Of a DNA stretch of 64,000 nt, positions 1 through 15,000 are shown one piece after another. The first letter of the stretch is position 1. The number at the start of each line of letters is the position of its first letter. The position numbers and the translations under genes were made by a program. The stretch covers positions 14,942,001 through 15,006,000 of the forward strand of contig OZ024744.1 of the NCBI GenBank assembly GCA_964016885.1. The letters are read 5' to 3'. The notes under the pieces were generated by a model that was not told where the DNA came from, made no database searches, and worked only from the letters and a program-made list of their open reading frames with translations. The DNA is from Eledone cirrhosa. Lineage: Eukaryota.

Positions 1-3000
1 CCAGCAATATGTAATGTATATTACTTCAGCAATATGTAATGTATATTACTCCAGCAATATGTAATGTATATTACTCCAGCAATATGTAATGTATATTACT
101 CCAGCAATATGTAATGTATATTACTCCAGCAATATGTAATGTAGATTACTCCAGCAATATGTAATGTATATTACTCCAGCAATATGTAATGAATATTACT
201 CCAGCAATATGTAATGAATATTAGTCCAGCAATATGTAATGTAGATTACTTCAGCAATATGTAATGTAGATTACTCCAGCAATATGTAATATAGATTCCT
301 CCAGAAATATGTAATGTATATTACTCCAGCAATATGTAATGTAGATTACTCCAGCAATATGTAATGTAGATTACTCCAGCAATATGTAATGTAGATTACT
401 CCAGCAATATGTAATGTAGATTACTCCAGCAATATGTAATGTAGATTACTCGAGCAATATGTAATGTATATTACTCCAGCAATATGTAATGTAGATTACT
501 CCAGCAATATGTAATGTAGATTACTTCAGCAATATGTAATGTAGATTACTCCAGCAATATGTAATATAGATTATTCCAGCAATATGTAATGTAGATTACT
601 CCAGCAATATGTAATGTAGATTACTCCAGCAATATGTAATGTAGATTACTCCAGCAATATGTAGTGTAGATTACTTCAGCAATATCTAATGTAGATTACT
701 CCAGCAATATGTAATGTAGATTACGCCAGTAAAATCTAATGTAGATTACTTCAGCAATATGTAATGTATATTACTACAGCAATATGTAATGTAGATTACT
801 CCAGCAATATGTAATGTATATTTCTCCAGCAATATGTAATGTATATTACTCCAGCAATATGTAATGCAGATTACTCCAGCTATATGTAATGTAGATTACT
901 CCAGCAATATGTAATGTAGATTACTCCAGCTATATGTAATGTAGATTACTGCAGCAATATGTAGTGTAGATTACTTCAGCAATATCTAATTTAGATTACT
1001 CCAGCAATATGTAATGTAGATTACTCCAGCAATATGTAATGTAGATTACTCCAGCAATATGTAATGTAGATTATTCCAGCAATATGTAATGTATATTACT
1101 TCAGCAATATGTAATGTAGATTACTCCAGCAATATGTAATGTAGATTACTTCAGAAATAGATAATGTAGATTACTCCAGCAATATGTAATGTAGATTACT
1201 CCAGCAATATGTAATGTATATTACTCCAGCAATATGTAATGTAGATTACTCCAGCAATATCTAATGTATATTACTTCAGCAATATGTAATGTAGATTACT
1301 CCAGCAATATGTAATGTAGATTACTCCAGCAATATGTAATGTAGATTACTCCAGCAATATGTAATGTAGATTACTCCAGCAATATGTAATGTAGATTACT
1401 CCAGCAATATGTAATGTAGATTACTCCAGCAATATGTAATGTAGATTACTTCAGCAATAGATAATGTAGATTACTCCAGCAATATGTAATGTAGATTACT
1501 CCAGCAATATGTAATGTAGATTACTCCAGCAATATGTAATGTATATTACTTCAGCAATATGTAGTGCATATTACTCCAGCAATATGTAACGTATATTACT
1601 CCAGCAATATGTAATTTAGATTACTCCAGCAATAAGTAATGTATATTACTCCAGCAATATGTAATGTAGATTACTTCAGCAATATGTAATGTATATTACT
1701 CCAGCAATATATAATGTAGATTACTCCAGCAATATGTAATGTAGATTACTCCAACAATATGTAATGAATATTACTCCAGCAATATGTAATGTAGATTACT
1801 TCAGCAATATGTAATGTAGATTACTCCAGCAATATGTAATGTAGATTACTCCAGCAATATGTAGTGCATATTACTCCAGCAATATGTAATGTAGATTACT
1901 CGAGCAAAATGTAATGTATATTACTCCAGCAATATGTAATGTAGATTACTCCAGCAATATGTAATGTAGATTACTTCAGCAATATGTAATGTAGATTACT
2001 CCAGCAATATGTAATATAGATTATTCCAGCAATATGTAATGTAGATTACTCCAGCAATATGTAATGTAGATTACTCCAGCAATATGTAATGTAGATTACT
2101 CCAGCAATATGTAGTGTAGATTACTTCAGCAATATCTAATATAGATTACTCCAGCAATATGTAATGTAGATTACGCCAGTAAAATCTAATGTAGATTACT
2201 TCAGCAATATGTAATGTATATTACTACAGCAATATGTAATGTAGATTACTCCAGCAATATGTAATGTATATTTCTCCAGCAATATGTAATGTATATTACT
2301 CCAGCAATATGTAATGCAGATTACTCCAGCTATATGTAATGTAGATTACTCCAGCAATATGTAATGTAGATTACTCCAGCTATATGTAATGTAGATTACT
2401 GCAGCAATATGTAGTGTAGATTACTTCAGCAATATCTAATTTAGATTACTCCAGCAATATGTAATGTAGATTACTCCAGCAATATGTAATGTAGATTACT
2501 CCAGCAATATGTAATGTAGATTATTCCAGCAATATGTAATGTATATTACTTCAGCAATATGTAATGTAGATTACTCCAGCAATATGTAATGTAGATTACT
2601 TCAGAAATAGATGATGTAGATTACTCCAGCAATATGTAATGTATATTACTCCAGCAATATGTAATGTAGATTACTCCAGCAATATCTAGTGTATATTACT
2701 TCAGCAATATGTAATGTAGATTACTCCAGCAATATGTAATGTAGATTACTCCAGCAATATGTAATGTAGATTACTCCAGCAATATGTAATGTAGATTACT
2801 CCAGCAATATGTAATGTAGATTACTCCAGCAATATGTAATGTAGATTACTCCAGCAATATGTAATGTATATTACTTCAGCAATATGTAGTGCATATTACT
2901 CCAGCAATATGTAATGTATATTACTCCAGCAATATGTAATTTAGATTACTCCAGCAATATGTAATGTATATTACTCCAGCAATATGTAGTGTAGATTACT

Positions 3001-6000
3001 TCAGCAATATGTAATGTATATTAATCCAGCAATATATGATGTAGATTACTCCAGCAATATGTAATGTAGAATACTTCAGCAATATATAATGTAGATTACT
3101 CCAGCAATATGTAATATAGATTCCTCCAGAAATATGTAATGTATATTACTCCAGCAATATGTAATGTTGATTACTTCAGCAATATGTAATGTAGATTACT
3201 CTAGCAATATGTAATGTAGATTACTTCTGCAATATAAAATGTAGATTACTCCAGCAATATGTAATGTAGATTACTCCAGCAATATGTAATGTAGTTTACT
3301 CCAGCAATATGTAATGTAGATTACTCCAGCAATATGTAATGTATATTACTCCAGCAATATGTAATGTAGATTACTCCAGCAATATGTAATGTATATTACT
3401 CCAGCAAAATGCAATGTAGATTACTTCAGCAATATGTAATGTATATTACTCCAGCAATATGTAATGTAGATTACTCCAGAAAATATGTAATGTATATTAC
3501 TTCAGCAATATGTAATGTATATTACTCCAGCAATATGTAATGTAGATTACTCCAGCAATATGTAATGAATATTACTCCAGCAATATGTAATGTAGATTAC
3601 TCCAGCAATATGTAATGTATATTACTCCAGCAATATGTAATGAATATTACTCCAGCAATATGTAATGAATATTAGTCCAGCAATATGTAATGTAGATTAC
3701 TTCAGCAATATGTAATGTAGATTACTCCAGCAATATGTAATATAGATTCCTCCAGAAATATGTAATGTATATTACTCCAGCAATATGTAATGTAGATTAC
3801 TCCAGCAATATGTAATGTAGATTACTCCAGCAATATGTAATGTAGATTACTCCAGCAATATGTAATGTAGATTACTCGAGCAATATGAAATGTAGATTAC
3901 TCGAGCAATATGTAATGTATATTACTCCAGCAATATGTAATGTAGATTACTCCAGCAATATGTAATGTAGATTACTTCAGCAATATGTAATGTAGATTAC
4001 TCCAGCAATATGTAATATAGATTATTCCAGCAATATGTAATGTAGATTACTCCAGCAATATGTAATGTAGATTACTCCAGCAATATGTAATGTAGATTAC
4101 TCCAGCAATATGTAGTGTAGATTACTTCAGCAATATCTAATGTAGATTACTCCAGCAATATGTAATGTAGATTACGCCAGTAAAATCTAATGTAGATTAC
4201 TTCAGCAATATGTAATGTATATTACTACAGCAATATGTAATGTAGATTACTCCAGCAATATGTAATGTATATTTCTCCAGCAATATGTAATGTATATTAC
4301 TCCAGCAATATGTAATGCAGATTACCCCAGCTATATGTAATGTAGATTACTCCAGCAATATGTAATGTAGATTACTCCAGCTATATGTAATGTAGATTAC
4401 TGCAGCAATATGTAGTGTAGATTACTTCAGCAATATCTAATTTAGATTACTCCAGCAATATGTAATGTAGATTACTCCAGCAATATGTAATGTAGATTAC
4501 TCCAGCAATATGTAATGTAGATTATTCCAGCAATATGTAATGTATATTACTGCAGCAATATGTAATGTAGATTACTCCAGCAATATGTAATGTAGATTAC
4601 TTCAGAAATAGATAATGTAGATTACTCCAGCATTATGTAATGTAGATTACTCCAGCAATATGTAATGTATATTACTCCAGCAATATGTAATGTAGATTAC
4701 TCCAGCAATATCTAATGTATATTACTTCAGCAATATGTAATGTAGATTACTCCAGCAATATGTAATGTAGATTACTCCAGCAATATGTAATGTAGATTAC
4801 TCCAGCAATATGTAATGTAGATTACTCCAGCAATATGTAATGTAGATTACTCCACCAATATGTAATGTAGATTACTCCAGCAATATGTAATGTAGATTAC
4901 TCCAGCAATATGTAATGTAGATTACTTCAGCAATAGATAATGTAGATTACTCCAGCAATATGTAATGTAGATTACTCCAGCAATATGTAATGTAGATTAC
5001 TCCAGCAATATGTAATGTATATTACTTCAGCAATATGTAGTGCATATTACTCCAGCAATATGTAACGTATATTACTCCAGCAATATGTAATTTAGATTAC
5101 TCCAGCAATAAGTAATGTATATTACTCCAGCAATATGTAATGTAGATTACTTCAGCAATATGTAATGTATATTACTCCAGCAATATATAATGTAGATTAC
5201 TCCAGCAATATGTAATGTAAATTACTCCAGCAATATGTAATGTATATTACTCCAGCAATATGTAATGTAGATTACTTCAGCAATATGTAATGTAGATTAC
5301 TCCAGCAATATGTAATGTAGATTACTCCAGCAATATGTAGTGCATATTACTCCAGCAATATGTAATGTAGATTACTCGAGCAATATGTAATGTATATTAC
5401 TCCAGCAATATGTAATGTAGATAACTCCAGCAATATGTAATGTAGATTACTTCAGCAATATGTAATGTAGATTACTCCAGCAATATGTAATATAGATTAT
5501 TCCAGCAATATGTAATGTAGATTACTCCAGCAATATGTAATGTAGATTACTCCAGCAATATGTAATGTAGATTACTCCAGCAATATGTAGTGTAGATTAC
5601 TTCAGCAATATCTAATGTAGATTACTCCAGCAATATGTAATGTAGATTACGCCAGTAAAATCTAATGTAGATTACTTCAGCAATATGTAATGTATATTAC
5701 TACAGCAATATGTAATGTAGATTACTCCAGCAATATGTAATGTATATTTCTCCAGCAATATGTAATGTATATTACTCCAGCAATATGTAATGCAGATTAC
5801 TCCAGCTATATGTAATGTAGATTACTCCAGCAATATGTAATGTAGATTACTCCAGCTATATGTAATGTAGATTACTGCAGCAATATGTAGTGTAGATTAC
5901 TTCAGCAATATCTAATTTAGATTACTCCAGCAATATGTAATGTAGATTACTCCAGCAATATGTAATGTAGATTACTCCAGCAATATGTAATGTAGATTAT

Positions 6001-9000
6001 TCCAGCGATATGTAATGTATATTACTTCAGCAATATGTAATGTAGATTACTCCAGCAATATGTAATGTAGATTACTTCAGAAATAGATGATGTAGATTAC
6101 TCCAGCAATATGTAATGTAGATTACTCCAGCAATATGTAATGTATATTACTCCAGCAATATGTAATGTAGATTACTCCAGCAACATCTAATGTATATTAC
6201 TTCAGCAATATGTAATGTAGATTACTCCAGCAATATGTAATGTAGATTACTCCAGCAATATGTAATGTAGATTACTCCAGCAATATGTAATGTAGATTAC
6301 TCCAGCAATATGTAATGTAGATTACTCCAGCAATATGTAATGTAGATTACTCCAGCAATATGTAATGTAGATTACTTCAGCAATAGATAATGTAGATTAC
6401 TCCAGCAATATGTAATGTAGATTACTCCAGCAATATGTAATGTAGATTACTCCAGCAATATGTAATGTATATTACTTCAGCAATATGTAGTGCATATTAC
6501 TCCAGCAATATGTAATGTATATTACTCCAGCAATATGTAATTTAGATTACTCCAGCAATATGTAATGTATATTACTCCAGCAATATGTAGTGTAGATTAC
6601 TTCAGCAATATGTAATGTATATTACTCCAGCAATATATGATGTAGATTACTCCAGCAATATGTAATGTAGATTACTCCAGCAATATGTAATGTATATTAC
6701 TCCAGCAATATGTAATGTAGATTACTCCAGCAATATGTAATGTATATTACTCCAGCAATATGTAATGTAGATTACTCCAGCAATATGTAGTGCATATTAC
6801 TCCAGCAATATGTAATGTAGATTACTCGAGCAATATGTAATGTATATTACTCCAGCAATATGTAATGTAGATTACTCCAGAAATATGTAATGTATATTAC
6901 TCCAGCAATATGTAATGAATATTACTCCAGCAATATGTAATGAATATTAGTCCAGCAATATGTAATGTAGATTACTTCAGCAATATGTAATGTAGATTAC
7001 TCCAGCAATATGTAATATAGATTCCTCCAGAAATATGTAATGTATATTACTCCAGCAATATGTAATGTAGATTACTCCAGCAATATGTAATGTAGATTAC
7101 TCCAGCAATATGTAATGTAGATTACTCCAGCAATATGTAATGTAAATTACTCCAGCAATATGTAATGTATATTACTCCAGCAATATGTAATGTAGATTAC
7201 TCCAGCAATATGTAATGTATATTACTCCAGCAATATGTAATGTAGATTACTCCAGCAATATGTAATGTAGATTACTTCAGCAATATGTAATGTAGATTAC
7301 TCCAGCAATATGTAATATAGATTATTCCAGCAATATGTAATGTAGATTACTCCAGCAATATGTAATGTAGATTACTCCAGCAATATGTAATGTAGATTAC
7401 TCCAGCAATATGTAGTGTAGATTACTTCAGCAATATCTAATATAGATTACTCCAGCAATATGTAATGTAGATTACGCCAGTAAAATCTAATGTAGATTAC
7501 TTCAGCAATATGTAATGTATATTACTACAGCAATATGTAATGTAGATTACTCCAGCAATATGTAATGTATATTTCTCCAGCAATATGTAATGTATATTAC
7601 TCCAGCAATATGTAATGCAGATTACTCCAGCTATATGTAATGTAGATTACTCCAGCAATATGTAATGTAGATTACTCCAGCTATATGTAATGTAGATTAC
7701 TGCAGCAATATGTAGTGTAGATTACTTCAGCAATATCTAATTTAGATTACTCCAGCAATATGTAATGTAGATTACTCCAGCAATATGTAATGTAGATTAC
7801 TCCAGCAATATGTAATGTAGATTATTCCAGCAATATGTAATGTATATTACTTCAGCAATATGTAATGTAGATTACTCCAGCAATATGTAATGTAGATTAC
7901 TTCAGAAATAGATGATGTAGATTACTCCAGCAATATGTAATGTAGATTACTCCAGCAATATGTAATGTATATTACTCGAGCAATATGTAATGTAGATTAC
8001 TCCAGCAATATCTAATGTATATTACTTCAGCAATATGTAATGTAGATTACTCCAGCAATATGTAATGTAGATTACTCCAGCAATATGTAATGTAGATTAC
8101 TCCAGCAATATGTAATGTAGATTACTCCAGCAATATGTAATGTAGATTACTCCAGCAATATGTAATGTAGATTACTCCAGCAATATGTAATGTATATTAC
8201 TTCAGCAATATGTAGTGCATATTACTCCAGCAATATGTAATGTATATTACTCCAGCAATATGTAATTTAGATTACTCCAGCAATATGTAATGTATATTAC
8301 TCCAGCAATATGTAGTGTAGATTACTTCAGCAATATGTAATGTATATTACTCCAGCAATATATGATGTAGATTACTCCAGCAATATGTAATGTAGAATAC
8401 TTCAGCAATATATAATGTAGATTACTCCAGCAATATGTAATATAGATTCCTCCAGAAATATGTAATGTATATTACTCCAGCAATATGTAATGTTGATTAC
8501 TTCAGCAATATGTAATGTAGATTACTCTAGCAATATGTAATGTAGATTACTTCTGCAATATAAAATGTAGATTACTCCAGCAATATGTAATGTAGATTAC
8601 TCCAGCAATATGTAATGTAGTTTACTCCAGCAATATGTAATGTAGATTACTCCAGCAATATGTAATGTATATTACTCCAGCAATATGTAATGTAGATTAC
8701 TCCAGCAATATGTAATGTATATTACTCCAGCAAAATGTAATGTAGATTACTTCAGCAATATGTAATGTATATTACTCCAGCAATATGTAATGTAGATTAC
8801 TCCAGAAAATATGTAATGTATATTACTTCAGCAATATGTAATGTATATTACTCCAGCAATATGTAATGTAGATTACTCCAGCAATATGTAATGAATATTA
8901 CTCCAGCAATATGTAATGTAGATTACTCCAGCAATATGTAATGTATATTACTCCAGCAATATGTAATGAATATTACTCCAGCAATATGTAATGAATATTA

Positions 9001-12000
9001 GTCCAGCAATATGTAATGTAGATTACTTCAGCAATATGTAATGTAGATTACTCCAGCAATATGTAATATAGATTCCTCCAGAAATATGTAATGTATATTA
9101 CTCCAGCAATATGTAATGTAGATTACTCCAGCAATATGTAATGTAGATTACTCCAGCAATATGTAATGTAGATTACTCCAGCAATATGTAATGTAGATTA
9201 CTCGAGCAATATGTAATGTAGATTACTCGAGCAATATGTAATGTATATTACTCCAGCAATGTGTAATGTAGATTACTCCAGCAATATGTAATGTAGATTA
9301 CTTCAGCAATATGTAATGTAGATTACTCCAGCAATATGTAATATAGATTATTCCAGCAATATGTAATGTAGATTACTCCAGCAATATGTAATGTAGATTA
9401 CTCCAGCAATATGTAATGTAGATTACTCCAGCAATATGTAGTGTAGATTACTTCAGCAATATCTAATGTAGATTACTCCAGCAATATGTAATGTAGATTA
9501 CGCCAGTAAAATCTAATGTAGATTACTTCAGCAATATGTAATGTATATTACTACAGCAATATGTAATGTAGATTACTCCAGCAATATGTAATGTATATTT
9601 CTCCAGCAATATGTAATGTATATTACTCCAGCAATATGTAATGCAGATTACTCCAGCTATATGTAATGTAGATTACTCCAGCAATATGTAATGTAGATTA
9701 CTCCAGCTATATGTAATGTAGATTACTGCAGCAATATGTAGTGTAGATTACTTCAGCAATATCTAATTTAGATTACTCCAGCAATATGTAATGTAGATTA
9801 CTCCAGCAATATGTAATGTAGATTACTCCAGCAATATGTAATGTAGATTATTCCAGCAATATGTAATGTATATTACTGCAGCAATATGTAATGTAGATTA
9901 CTCCAGCAATATGTAATGTAGATTACTTCAGAAATAGATAATGTAGATTACTCCAGCATTATGTAATGTAGATTACTCCAGCAATATGTAATGTATATTA
10001 CTCCAGCAATATGTAATGTAGATTACTCCAGCAATATCTAATGTATATTACTTCAGCAATATGTAATGTAGATTACTCCAGCAATATGTAATGTAGATTA
10101 CTCCAGCAATATGTAATGTAGATTACTCCAGCAATATGTAATGTAGATTACTCCAGCAATATGTAATGTAGATTACTCCACCAATATGTAATGTAGATTA
10201 CTCCAGCAATATGTAATGTAGATTACTCCAGCAATATGTAATGTAGATTACTTCAGCAATAGATAATGTAGATTACTCCAGCAATATGTAATGTAGATTA
10301 CTCCAGCAATATGTAATGTAGATTACTCCAGCAATATGTAATGTATATTACTTCAGCAATATGTAGTGCATATTACTCCAGCAATATGTAACGTATATTA
10401 CTCCAGCAATATGTAATTTAGATTACTCCAGCAATAAGTAATGTATATTACTCCAGCAATATGTAATGTAGATTACTTCAGCAATATGTAATGTATATTA
10501 CTCCAGCAATATGTAATGTAGATTACGCCAGTAAAATCTAATGTAGATTACTTCAGCAATATGTAATGTATATTACTACAGCAATATGTAATGTAGATTA
10601 CTCCAGCAATATGTAATGTATATTTCTCCAGCAATATGTAATGTATATTACTCCAGCAATATGTAATGCAGATTACTCCAGCTATATGTAATGTAGATTA
10701 CTCCAGCAATATGTAATGTAGATTACTCCAGCTATATGTAATGTAGATTACTGCAGCAATATGTAGTGTAGATTACTTCAGCAATATCTAATTTAGATTA
10801 CTCCAGCAATATGTAATGTAGATTACTCCAGCAATATGTAATGTAGATTACTCCAGCAATATGTAATGTAGATTATTCCAGCAATATGTAATGTATATTA
10901 CTTCAGCAATATGTAATGTAGATTACTCCAGCAATATGTAATGTAGATTACTTCAGAAATAGATGATGTAGATTACTCCAGCAATATGTAATGTAGATTA
11001 CTCCAGCAATATGTAATGTATATTACTCCAGCAATATGTAATGTAGATTACTCCAGCAATATCTAATGTATATTACTTCAGCAATATGTAATGTAGATTA
11101 CTCCAGCAATATGTAATGTAGATTACTCCAGCAATATGTAATGTAGATTACTCCAGCAATATGTAATGTAGATTACTCCAGCAATATGTAATGTAGATTA
11201 CTCCAGCAATATGTAATGTAGATTACTCCAGCAATATGTAATGTAGATTACTCCAGCAATATGTAATGTAGATTACTTCAGCAATAGATAATGTAGATTA
11301 CTCCAGCAATATGTAATGTAGATTACTCCAGCAATATGTAATGTAGATTACTCCAGCAATATGTAATGTATATTACTTCAGCAATATGTAGTGCATATTA
11401 CTCCAGCAATATGTAATGTATATTACTCCAGCAATATGTAATTTAGATTACTCCAGCAATATGTAATGTATATTACTCCAGCAATATGTAGTGTAGATTA
11501 CTTCAGCAATATGTAATGTATATTACTCCAGCAATATATGATGTAGATTACTCCAGCAATATGTAATGTAGATTACTCCAGCAATATGTAATGTATATTA
11601 CTCCAGCAATATGTAATGTAGATTACTCCAGCAATATGTAATGTATATTACTCCAGCAATATGTAATGTAGATTACTCCAGCAATATGTAGTGCATATTA
11701 CTCCAGCAATATGTAATGTAGATTACTCGAGCAATATGTAATGTATATTACTCCAGCAATATGTAATGTAGATTACTCCAGAAATATGTAATGTATATTA
11801 CTCCAGCAATATGTAATGAATATTACTCCAGCAATATGTAATGAACATTAGTCCAGCAATATGTAATGTAGATTACTTCAGCAATATGTAATGTAGATTA
11901 CTCCAGCAATATGTAATATAGATTCCTCCAGAAATATGTAATGTATATTACTCCAGCAATATGTAATGTAGATTACTCCAGCAATATGTAATGTAGATTA

Positions 12001-15000
12001 CTCCAGCAATATGTAATGTAGATTACTCCAGCAATATGTAATGTAAATTACTCCAGCAATATGTAATGTATATTACTTCAGCAATATGTAATGTATATTA
12101 CTCCAGCAATATGTAATGTATATTACTCCAGCAATATGTAATGTATATTACTCCAGCAATATGTAATGTAGATTACTTCAGCAATATGTAATGTATATTA
12201 CTCCAGCAATATGTAATGTATATTACTCCAGCAATATGTAATGTATATTACTCCAGCAATATGTAATGTATATTACTCCAGCAATATGTAATGTAGATTA
12301 CTTCAGCAATATGTAATGTATATTACTCCAGCAATATGTAATGTATATTACTCCAGCAATATGTAATGTAGATTACTCCAGCAATATGTAATGCATATTA
12401 TTCCAGCAATATGTAATGTAGATTACTCCAGAAATATGTAATATAGATTAGTCCAGCAATATGTAATGTAGATTACTCCAGCAATATGTAATGTAGATTA
12501 CTCAAGCAATATGTAATGTAGATTACTCCAGCAATATGTAATGTAGATTACTCCAGCAATATGTAATGTATATTACTTCAGCAATATGTAATGTAGATTA
12601 CTCCAGCAATATGTAATGTAGATTACTTCAGCAATAGATAATGTAGATTACTCCAGCAATATGTAATGTAGATTACTCCAGCAATATGTAATGTAGATTA
12701 CTCCAGCAATATGTAATGTATATTACTTCAGCAATATGTAGTGCATATTACTCCAGCAATATGTAACGTATATTACTCCAGCAATATGTAATGTAGATTA
12801 CTCCAGCAATATGTAGTGCATATTACTCCAGCAATATGTAATGTAGATTACTCGAGCAATATGTAATGTATATTACTCCAGCAATATGTAATGTAGATTA
12901 CTCCAGCAATATGTAATGTAGATTACTTCAGCAATATGTAATGTAGATTACTCCAGCAATATGTAATATAGATTATTCCAGTAATATTTAATGTAGATTA
13001 CTCCAGCAATATGTAATGTAGATTACTCCAGCAATATGTAATGTAGATTACTCCAGCAATATGTAGTGTAGATTACTTCAGCAATATCTAATGTAGATTA
13101 CTCCAGCAATATGTAATGTAGATTACGCCAGTAAAATCTAATGTAGATTACTTCAGCAATATGTAATGTATATTACTACAGCAATATGTAATGTAGATTA
13201 CTCCAGCAATATGTAATGTATATTTCTCCAGCAATATGTAATGTATATTACTCCAGCAATATGTAATGCAGATTACTCCAGCTATATGTAATGTAGATTA
13301 CTCCAGCAATATGTAATGTAGATTACTCCAGCTATATGTAATGTAGATTACTGCAGCAATATGTAGTGTAGATTACTTCAGCAATATCTAATTTAGATTA
13401 CTCCAGCAATATGTAATGTAGATTACTCCAGCAATATGTAATGTAGATTACTCCAGCAATATGTAATGTAGATTATTCCAGCAATATGTAATGTATATTA
13501 CTTCAGCAATATGTAATGTAGATTACTCCAGCAATATGTAATGTAGATTACTTCAGAAATAGAAAATGTAGATTACTCCAGCAATATGTAATGTAGAGTA
13601 CTCCAGCAATATGTAATGTAGATTACTCCAGCAATATGTAATGTATATTACTTCAGCAATATGTAATGTAGATTACTCCAGCAATATGTAATGTAGATTA
13701 CTTCAGCAATATGTAATTTAGATTACTCCAGCAATAAGTAATGTATATTACTCCAGCAATATGTAATGTAGATTACTCCAGCAATATGTAATGTAGATTA
13801 CTCCAGCAATATGTAATGTATATTACTCCAGCAATATGTAATGTAGATTATTCCAGCAATATGTAATGTATATTACTTCAGCAATATGTAATGTAGATTA
13901 CTCCAGCAATATGTAATGTAGATTACTTCAGAAATAGATAATGTAGATTACTCCAGCAATATGTAATGTAGATTACTCCAGCAATATGTAATGTAGATTA
14001 CTCCAGCAATATGTAATGTATATTACTTCAGCAATATGTAGTGCATATTACTCCAGCAATATGTAACGTATATTACTCCAGCAATATGTAATTTAGATTA
14101 CTCCAGCAATAAGTAATGTATATTACTCCAGCAATATGTAATGTAGATTACTTCAGCAATATGTAATGTATATTACTCCAGCAATATATAATGTAGATTA
14201 CTCCAGCAATATGTAATGTAGATTACTCCAGCAATATGTAATGTATATTACTCCAGCAATATGTAATGTAGATTACTTAAGCAATATGTAATGTAGATTA
14301 CTCCAGCAATATGTAATGTATATTACTCCAGCAATATGTAATGTAGATTACTCCAGCAATATGTAGTGCATATTACTCCAGCAATATGTAATGTAGATTA
14401 CTCGAGCAATATGTAATGTATATTACTCCAGCAATATGTAATGTAGATTACTCCAGCAATATGTAATGTAGATTACTTCAGCAATATGTAATGTAGATTA
14501 CTCCAGCAATATGTAATATAGATTATTCCAGCAATATGTAATGTAGATTACTCCAGCAATATGTAATGTAGATTACTCCAGCAATATGTAATGTAGATTA
14601 CTCCAGCAATATGTAGTGTAGATTACTTCAGCAATATCTAATGTAGATTACTCCAGCAATATGTAATGTAGATTACGCCAGTAAAATCTAATGTAGATTA
14701 CTTCAGCAATATGTAATGTATATTACTACAGCAATATGTAATGTAGATTACTCCAGCAATATGTAATGTATATTTCTCCAGCAATATGTAATGTATATTA
14801 CTCCAGCAATATGTAATGCAGATTACTCCAGCTATATGTAATGTAGATTACTCCAGCAATATGTAATGTAGATTACTCCAGCTATATGTAATGTAGATTA
14901 CTGCAGCAATATGTAGTGTAGATTACTTCAGCAATATCTAATTTAGATTACTCCAGCAATATGTAATGTAGATTACTCCAGCAATATGTAATGTAGATTA

